64,000 bases of DNA, taken from the NCBI GenBank assembly GCA_905612235.1, contig CAJQRF010000011.1, forward strand, positions 40,835 to 104,834. The letters are read 5' to 3'. This document shows, piece by piece, positions 58,440 to 64,000 of the stretch. Below the pieces are notes generated by a model. The model saw nothing but the letters and a program-made list of their open reading frames with translations, made no database searches and was not told the DNA's origin. The number at the start of each line of letters is the position of its first letter. Position 1 is the stretch's first letter. The stretch comes from an uncultured Pelagibacteraceae bacterium (GTDB taxonomy: Bacteria > Pseudomonadota > Alphaproteobacteria > Pelagibacterales > Pelagibacteraceae). The position numbers and the translations under genes are program-made.

Positions 58440-59879
58440 TTATTTTACCTCACGAGTATTTGCGTTAAATGATTCTGTAAACGGAATTGGCACTACTACA
58501 GCGTCAACTGGTTTACTAGAATACTTTGCTGGCAAGTGAACTTTATATTTCTTTCCAAAATTGGCAATTGGGAAACCTTTAGCGTTCTTGTGTCCTTCAT
58601 ACGGAACATATCCCATTGCAATATTTTTACCTTTTTCTGGGTGATACCAAGGAGAGGTAATATAACCAACCGGTTTACCTCCTTCGGCATCTGATATTAA
58701 CCAGAAGTCTGGAGCATATTCTTCAATTGGTTTTCCACCTAATTCCATACCGACAAGTTGAAGTTTGTAAGGTTTGTCTCCATTAGAAATTTGGCTTTTC
58801 ATTTTTTCTAAAGCCTCTTTCCCAATATAATCAGCTGATTTGTTCCATTCACCTTTTCCAGATAAGGAAACTTGATATCCTAAGTTACACTGAAAAGGAT
58901 TATGTTCATTATCCATATCTTGACCCCAAGATAATATTCCAGCTTGAATTCTTCTATGGTGAGCAGGAGCAATAACCATTAATTTATGTTTCTTTCCAGC
59001 TTTAAGAACTGCATTCCACATATCTTCAGCATATAAAGTTGCATCACGAAGATAAATTTCATAACCAGCTTCACCTGAGAAACCAGATTGTGAAATTACA
59101 CAACTTCTTCCTCCAACTTTAGCTTCGGCTAAACCATAAAATGGCATGTTGTCTAAATCAACTTGATCTCCAATTAAATCTTTCATTAAAGCTTTTGATT
59201 TAGGGCCTTGAATTTGAACTGGACAAGAATCAATTTCATCAATTTCGACATTGAATCTTTTATCTGCATTCACTCCTTGCAAATATAAGCCTATACCTGA
59301 ATCTGATAAACTAAACCAAAATTCATCTTCTGCTACTCTTAACAAAACAGGATCGTTTAATACTCCACCGTTGTAGTTACAAAGAATAACATAACGTGCT
59401 CTCATTGTTGAAATTTTAGTAGCATCACGTGTTATTACATAATCTGTAAATTTTTCAGCATCAGGTCCTTTAACACGTATTTGTCTTTCAACAGCAACGT
59501 TCCACATTGTTACGTGTTTTTTAATTGCTTCATATTCAACCATAGCTCCACCTTTTTCAGGTCTCACATAACCTCGAGGATGGTAAATACGGTTATAAAT
59601 TGTAGCTCTCCAACATCCTGCTTTCATTGATAAATGCCAATAAGGGGATTTTCTTACTCTTGTTGAAATTAACATTTCAACTTTAGTAGAACCACTTTGT
59701 CTTAAATTGTAAGGAACGCGTCTATCTGATTGATCTACAGATGTTTCGTGTCTAACTTTACTGTAATCAACTTTTTCAGGTTTAAAAGAAACTGATTTAG
59801 TTTTTTTTACTTTTTTAACTTTTTTAACTTTAATTTTTTTAGATTTACTTTTTTTAGATTTTTTCTTTTTTTTAGGCAT
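58440..59879 (-). CDS. GcvT/DmdA-family tetrahydrofolate-dependent (amino)methyltransferase with a Lys-rich N-terminal extension
   Basis: Core RKSPYW...AGC..ATIYN...P.GY...EYEAIKKHVTMWNVAVERQIRVKGPDAEKF...RD parallels DmdA/GcvT N-terminal regions. The ATG at 59879 overlaps the upstream stop by 8 nt; the track start at 59969 lies inside the upstream gene. Confidence 0.78.
   Translation of the reverse strand: MPKKKKKSKKSKSKKIKVKKVKKVKKTKSVSFKPEKVDYSKVRHETSVDQSDRRVPYNLRQSGSTKVEMLISTRVRKSPYWHLSMKAGCWRATIYNRIYHPRGYVRPEKGGAMVEYEAIKKHVTMWNVAVERQIRVKGPDAEKFTDYVITRDATKISTMRARYVILCNYNGGVLNDPVLLRVAEDEFWFSLSDSGIGLYLQGVNADKRFNVEIDEIDSCPVQIQGPKSKALMKDLIGDQVDLDNMPFYGLAEAKVGGRSCVISQSGFSGEAGYEIYLRDATLYAEDMWNAVLKAGKKHKLMVIAPAHHRRIQAGILSWGQDMDNEHNPFQCNLGYQVSLSGKGEWNKSADYIGKEALEKMKSQISNGDKPYKLQLVGMELGGKPIEEYAPDFWLISDAEGGKPVGYITSPWYHPEKGKNIAMGYVPYEGHKNAKGFPIANFGKKYKVHLPAKYSSKPVDAVVVPIPFTESFNANTREVK
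59793..59879 (-). repeat. Lys-codon low-complexity tract with 9-nt periodicity
   Basis: Encodes MPKKKKKSKKSKSKKIKVKKVKKVKKTKS (18 Lys in 29 residues). Plus-strand TTTTTTAAC-type units repeat at 59801-59840. Confidence 0.6.
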
Positions 59880-60600
59880 AGTTGTTCTCCGATAACCATT
59901 TGTTTGTTTCATTAAGACCACCAAATGTATAGATATGAAAATTTTGTGTAACGCTTTTAATTTCTTCAATCATATCATCTGGTTTTCTTGGTTTAAATAA
60001 ATCAATTGCTTTACTTGCATTTGATTTTAAAAAGTTAAGAGAATTTTTTGCTCCAACAATACTGGCAAACTTAAGTAAGCTCGTAATTTTGGCTGGCCCA
60101 GCTATCCCTATATGTACTGGTAAAGTTTGTTTAGAAACAAAGTCTATTATTGGAGAAGTTTCCATTAACCACTGAGTAACTATATAATCTGCGTATGGTT
60201 TCTTATCTATCATAGCTTTTTCTAAATCTGTGTCGGATATATCAGGGGAACCCTCCGGATGTCCAGCGATTCCTATCTTAAAATCTTCAAATAATCCTGT
60301 CTCAAATAGTTGTAGCGAACTGTGAAAATCTCCAACAGGTTGAGCTCCACCCCCTATTACAAGGGCTTGTTTTACGCCAAAATCTTTACACATATTAACG
60401 TAGTCTTTGAGTTCATTTTCATTTTTTATTGATCTAGCTGGAAAATGTGGAACAGGGTTTTTACCAAGCTTTACAAGTTCTTTAGCTTTATTAGCTACAT
60501 CTTTGTATTGATCTCCACTTAAAAGAGTGATGTAAACATCTTTAATATTGGGCAAAGTATTAAGATCAGTCTTAAGTCCTATCTCTAAAGAAAAATTCAT
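59872..60600 (-). CDS. methylenetetrahydrofolate reductase (MetF)-like protein
   Basis: 242 aa; PHFPARS, ALVIGGG, AGHPEGSP motifs of the MTHFR fold. Shorter than classical MetF. Confidence 0.7.
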   Translation of the reverse strand: MNFSLEIGLKTDLNTLPNIKDVYITLLSGDQYKDVANKAKELVKLGKNPVPHFPARSIKNENELKDYVNMCKDFGVKQALVIGGGAQPVGDFHSSLQLFETGLFEDFKIGIAGHPEGSPDISDTDLEKAMIDKKPYADYIVTQWLMETSPIIDFVSKQTLPVHIGIAGPAKITSLLKFASIVGAKNSLNFLKSNASKAIDLFKPRKPDDMIEEIKSVTQNFHIYTFGGLNETNKWLSENNYA

Positions 60601-60693
60601 AGCCTACGGGATATATCAGCGGACCTAGGTGAATGTCCAGCAATTTCATCTAAAACCTATTGCCTATTTTAACTAAAATGTTAGGTTTTTAAT

Positions 60694-61890
60694 ATGACTT
60701 CTAAGCTTAATGGTCACAGAAATATATATGACGTTGTAAAAAAAGGAAAATTAGACGTTGTTAATCAACCTATAAGTAAAGCTCACGGTCTTCCTAACGA
60801 ATGTTATAATAGTAGGGAATACACAAGTATTGAAAGAAAGAAAATATTTGAAGACAAATGGATAGTTGTTGGTGTTGCTAGTTCAATCTCCAAACCTGGA
60901 GATGCAAAACCTTTTGATGTACTTGGCATTCCTTTAATTTTATTAAGAACCAAAAACAATAAAATCAAAGTATACCATAATGTGTGTAGCCACAGAGGTT
61001 ATAAAATTTTACAAAAAGAATGTTCTATTAAAAATATATTAAGATGTCCTTATCATTCTTGGTCTTATAATCTTGAAGGAAAGCTAGTAGCCACTCCTCA
61101 TTTAGGGGGAATGAATAAACACAATTCTAAAGATTTTGACAAATCTATAAATGGTCTTAAAGAAGTTCGTTCATATGTTTGGCTAGACATGATTATGGTC
61201 AATATTTCTAATAACGAAATTCCTTTTGAACAATATATTAAACCTTTACAGGATCGTTGGTCTAAGTTTTGGCCAAAAAAAGATCAGAAACTAATTCAAC
61301 ATTCAAAAGATTTAGGTTATTTTAAATTGACAGCAAAATGCAATTGGAAGTTTGCAATAGAAAATTACTGTGAAAGTTATCATCTTCCATGGGTTCACCC
61401 TGGATTAAATTCTTACTCCAAAATTAGTGATCATTATCACATTGAAGGTTTGCCTAATAAATTTGCTGGACAAGGTACCATTGTATATAACCCAAGATTT
61501 AAAGGTAAACTTAAATTTCCGTGCTTTCCTAATTGGCCTAAAGATAAATTAAATATTGCTGAATATGTTGCTCTGTTTCCAAATGTAATGCTAGGAATTC
61601 ATAAAGATCACTATTATGCTTATTGGCTGGAACCAGTTAGTCATGAATTAACTATTGAGCATATGGAAATTTATTATGTAGGAAATATAGGAGCAAATTC
61701 AAAAAAATTTAAAAATCTTAGAAAACAAAATTTTAAACTTTGGCATAGTGTACAAACTGAAGATGTTGGTATTATTGAAGGAATGCAAGAAGGAAGAAAT
61801 TCTCCTTCTTATAATGGTGGTAATTTTTCTCCAGTTATGGATAATCCAACTCATCATTTTCATAAATGGATAGCAAAGAATTTAGTTTAA
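60694..61890 (+). CDS. Rieske [2Fe-2S] non-heme iron oxygenase, alpha-subunit type
   Basis: CSHRG-x17-CPYHSW Rieske motif, then a catalytic domain with ENYCESYHLPWVHP-type iron ligands. No reductase partner in the window. Confidence 0.85.
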   Translation: MTSKLNGHRNIYDVVKKGKLDVVNQPISKAHGLPNECYNSREYTSIERKKIFEDKWIVVGVASSISKPGDAKPFDVLGIPLILLRTKNNKIKVYHNVCSHRGYKILQKECSIKNILRCPYHSWSYNLEGKLVATPHLGGMNKHNSKDFDKSINGLKEVRSYVWLDMIMVNISNNEIPFEQYIKPLQDRWSKFWPKKDQKLIQHSKDLGYFKLTAKCNWKFAIENYCESYHLPWVHPGLNSYSKISDHYHIEGLPNKFAGQGTIVYNPRFKGKLKFPCFPNWPKDKLNIAEYVALFPNVMLGIHKDHYYAYWLEPVSHELTIEHMEIYYVGNIGANSKKFKNLRKQNFKLWHSVQTEDVGIIEGMQEGRNSPSYNGGNFSPVMDNPTHHFHKWIAKNLV

Positions 61891-61891
61891 T

Positions 61892-62743
61892 ATGAATAAT
61901 AGATTAGAGGCTATTGTTGATCTTCATAAATATCCAATTCAGGATCTAAATTCCTCATTAATAAAAGAAGTAATCCAAAAATGTAAAAAAGATTTAAACC
62001 AGTTTAGTTGCGCAACTATTCCTGATTTTATTTTACCTAAATCTTTAAAAATCATGCACTCAGAGTTAGAAAAACAACTCGATGAAGTTTATATGTCAAA
62101 ACAAAGTATCAATGCTTATTTATATTCTAAAAATGATCCTTCCCTACCTAAAGAACACCCAAAACGAATATTTATGGATCGTTATAACGGTTATTTAAAT
62201 TCAGAAGTCTTTGATAAAGATTCAGAAATGAAATTTCTTTATGAACAAGATGAACTTTTAAAGTTTGTTTCTGCTTGTCTTGGAGTGTCACCAATCTACA
62301 GATGGGCTGATCCTTTAGCTTGTCATGCTTACAATGTTATGAATCCTGAAGGAATTCTTCCTTGGCACTTTGATAGTTGTGAATTTACTTTAAGTTTTAT
62401 GATACAAAAGCCAGAAAACGGTGGAATATTTGAGTACTGCCCTAATATACGTGAACCAGGAAATGAAAATTTAGAAGAGGTTAAAAAAGTACTTAATGGA
62501 AATCGTAAAGGAGTTCGTCAATTAAAGTTAGAGCCAGGTGATTTACAAATATTTAAAGGGCGTTTTACACTTCATCGTGTTACAAAAATAGAAGGAAGCC
62601 GCGCAAGATATCTTTGTATACCAGCTTATGTTCTGGATCCTTGGAGAGTAAATACTCCTGAACATTCAAAAGCTATATATGGAAAAGTATTACCCATTCA
62701 TATTGAAAGAAATAAGCTTAGATCGGATGGTTTAGCTGATTAA
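61892..62743 (+). CDS. Fe(II)/2-oxoglutarate-dependent oxygenase-like protein
   Basis: 283 aa; WHFDS (HxD) and a distal LHRV His with a basic residue downstream; family uncertain. Confidence 0.45.
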   Translation: MNNRLEAIVDLHKYPIQDLNSSLIKEVIQKCKKDLNQFSCATIPDFILPKSLKIMHSELEKQLDEVYMSKQSINAYLYSKNDPSLPKEHPKRIFMDRYNGYLNSEVFDKDSEMKFLYEQDELLKFVSACLGVSPIYRWADPLACHAYNVMNPEGILPWHFDSCEFTLSFMIQKPENGGIFEYCPNIREPGNENLEEVKKVLNGNRKGVRQLKLEPGDLQIFKGRFTLHRVTKIEGSRARYLCIPAYVLDPWRVNTPEHSKAIYGKVLPIHIERNKLRSDGLAD

Positions 62744-63470
62744 GAAAAATATTAATGAAGCTGAATGGAAAGTAAGAGTTGATCTTGCTGCCATGTTTAG
62801 ACTAACTCACATGATGGGTTGGGATGATACTGTTTGGAATCATATAACTGCTAGAACACCTGGAACAGATCATACTTTTTTCATGCATGAATTTGGGCTT
62901 GTTTATGAAGAAATAAAAGCTTCAAATTTAATTAAAGTAGATGAAAATGGCAAAGTTTTAGAAGGACCAGAAAATGTAAATACAGCAGGTTTCATAATTC
63001 ATAGCGCAGTTCACTTAAATCATCCAAAAAATAAATTTGTTTTTCATGCCCATCCGCCAAAAGCATTAGCTGCAACATTATTAAAAGATGGAATTCCATA
63101 TTTAGTTCAGGACTCAGCAATGCTTTATGGAAAAGTGGGTTATCATAACTGGGAAGGTGTGTCGGTAGATAAAGATGAAAGATTTAGAATAGCGGAAAAT
63201 CTTGGAGAAAATAAAGTTTTAATTATGAGAAATCATGGGCTTTTAACTGTTGGAGAAACAGCGGGAGAGTCATTCATGAATATGTATTATGCCATAAGAA
63301 TGTGCGAAGTTGCGGTGCAAGCTCAAGGTTCAAATTTAAAATTAAAAACACCAGAAAAATCTTTATGGGAAAAAACTGTAAAGGCATATGATGCTTTTGC
63401 TCCAGGACCAAATGAATGGCCGGCTTTGCTCAGGAGATGCGATGCTATAGATCCATCATATAAGGAATAA
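62739..63470 (+). CDS. class II aldolase/adducin N-terminal domain family protein
   Basis: EAEWKVRVDLAAMFRL..MMGWDD.V.NHITAR and HSAVH...HAHPP motifs. The conserved N-terminus lies upstream of the first ATG (62793), so a non-ATG start (ATT 62739 or 62751) is inferred. Confidence 0.75.
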   Translation: MKKNINEAEWKVRVDLAAMFRLTHMMGWDDTVWNHITARTPGTDHTFFMHEFGLVYEEIKASNLIKVDENGKVLEGPENVNTAGFIIHSAVHLNHPKNKFVFHAHPPKALAATLLKDGIPYLVQDSAMLYGKVGYHNWEGVSVDKDERFRIAENLGENKVLIMRNHGLLTVGETAGESFMNMYYAIRMCEVAVQAQGSNLKLKTPEKSLWEKTVKAYDAFAPGPNEWPALLRRCDAIDPSYKE

Positions 63471-63472
63471 TT

Positions 63473-64000
63473 ATGTCGAGTAGTATAAATAAAGTAACTG
63501 TTATAGGAACTGGGGTTATTGGTGCTGGGTGGATTATTAGATGCTTAGCTCATAATAAAAAAGTTGTTGCATTTGACAAAGATCTAAAATTAAAAAAAAA
63601 ACTAGTTGCTGAGATAAAACGTACTTGGCCTTATGTAAAAAAATTATTCAATAAAAAAACACTTAATTTAAAAAACTTCAAATATGTTACTTCAATAGAA
63701 GAAGCTTTGAAAGAAGCTGACTTTATACAGGAGTGTGCAACTGAAAATTATAAAATAAAAACTAAAATAATGAGTATTATTGGAAAGTACTCAAAACCTA
63801 ATGCTATAATTTCATCAAGTTCATCTGGACTGCTTCCAACAAGAATATATTCTAAATGTAAAAATCCAGCGCGAGCTATGATTGGGCACCCTTTTAATCC
63901 TGTTTATATGTGTCCAGGAGTAGAAATTGTCCCCGGTAAAAAAACTAAAAAAAAATTCCTAAATAGAGCTAATAAATTTTATAAATCAATATCGATGAAT
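63473..64000 (+). CDS. 3-hydroxyacyl-CoA dehydrogenase-fold enzyme, L-carnitine dehydrogenase-like (3' end outside window)
   Basis: Open to the window end: MSSSINKVTVIGTGVIGAGWIIRCLAHNKKVVAFD...WPYV...ECATENYKIK...GHPFNP, matching the carnitine dehydrogenase N-terminal pattern (GxGVIGxGW..R.LAHG..V.A.D). Confidence 0.75.
   Translation, partial: MSSSINKVTVIGTGVIGAGWIIRCLAHNKKVVAFDKDLKLKKKLVAEIKRTWPYVKKLFNKKTLNLKNFKYVTSIEEALKEADFIQECATENYKIKTKIMSIIGKYSKPNAIISSSSSGLLPTRIYSKCKNPARAMIGHPFNPVYMCPGVEIVPGKKTKKKFLNRANKFYKSISMN

Noticed and set aside
59793-59879. Short tandem 9-nt repeats as a possible CRISPR or VNTR locus.
   Set aside because: The repeats are 9 nt with no spacers, lie in frame inside a coding region and encode KKV units. 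No cas genes or repeat-spacer architecture occur anywhere in the window.
60601-60693. GC-richer patch with a GGAC-N10-GUCC hairpin (60621-60638) between the MetF-like and Rieske genes, considered as a SAM, THF or glycine-betaine-type riboswitch.
   Set aside because: It is only one short hairpin, and I can identify no conserved riboswitch core sequences. More likely promoter or operator DNA for the divergent operons.
1-64000. Mobile elements, prophage, defence islands (restriction-modification, toxin-antitoxin, CBASS, retron) or a horizontally acquired island.
   Set aside because: No integrase, transposase, phage structural, nuclease/methylase or toxin-antitoxin-like gene pairs were recognised. 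The only compositional outliers are conserved enzymes (aprBA, xsc, ETF genes) and the ncRNA patch.

Overview
This is 64 kb of a very AT-rich, extremely compact alphaproteobacterial chromosome. Genes sit a few nt apart or overlap by 1-26 nt. That architecture plus the gene content (aprM-aprBA, thiV behind a TPP riboswitch, sfuABC iron uptake, dimethylglycine dehydrogenase with ETF/ETF-QO, DmdA-like GcvT enzyme) points to SAR11/Pelagibacterales; this is inference only. I call about 80 CDS, one TPP riboswitch, one unassigned structured ncRNA, tandem Fur boxes and a few hairpin elements. I saw no rRNA, tRNA, CRISPR array, transposase, integrase or prophage.

Layout:
- 1-1205: aldehyde dehydrogenase, cut by the window edge.
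- 1.3-6.5 kb: Pta-like enzyme and cytochrome c maturation (ccmFGH convergent with ccmD-E-C).
- 6.6-12.6 kb: UbiH-like monooxygenase, Zn-ADH plus HisD/HpsN-like dehydrogenase, and the ureide pathway (puuE-alc-allA).
- 12.7-18.2 kb: housekeeping genes, including ispH.
- 18.2-32.5 kb: an organosulfur island. It holds xsc, divergent suyAB-HIT-homocysteine methyltransferase, a SET-domain protein, a cytochrome c, TauE, aprA/aprB/aprM, a CADD-like oxygenase, a mini nucleotidyltransferase with a mini APS-kinase-like protein, an MFS transporter and metC.
- 32.5-34 kb: a 27-aa polybasic peptide gene and a structured ncRNA.
- 34-42.6 kb: mnmA, cysQ-like, recX, hup, rseP, rhomboid, and riboswitch-thiV.
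- 42.6-46.9 kb: Fur-box-controlled sfuABC with an anomalously long internal spacer.
- 47-57 kb: LysR, AcuI/YhdH, folE, hisI, ETF-QO, etfAB, dimethylglycine dehydrogenase.
- 58.4-64 kb: a methyl-group/osmolyte locus (MetF-like, a GcvT/DmdA-like enzyme with a poly-Lys tail, a Rieske oxygenase, a 2OG-oxygenase-like protein, a class II aldolase-like protein, an L-carnitine-dehydrogenase-like protein).

The candidates I rate most worth a second look are:
- the sulfite-to-APS island, which has no recognisable APS-consuming enzyme in the window but three non-canonical candidates;
- the unassigned multi-hairpin RNA at 33.75-33.93 kb;
- the Rieske/2OG/aldolase/dehydrogenase operon facing MetF-like plus the Lys-tailed GcvT-like gene;
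- the frameshift-split cytochrome c.

All functional calls come from motif recognition by eye. No searches were run.
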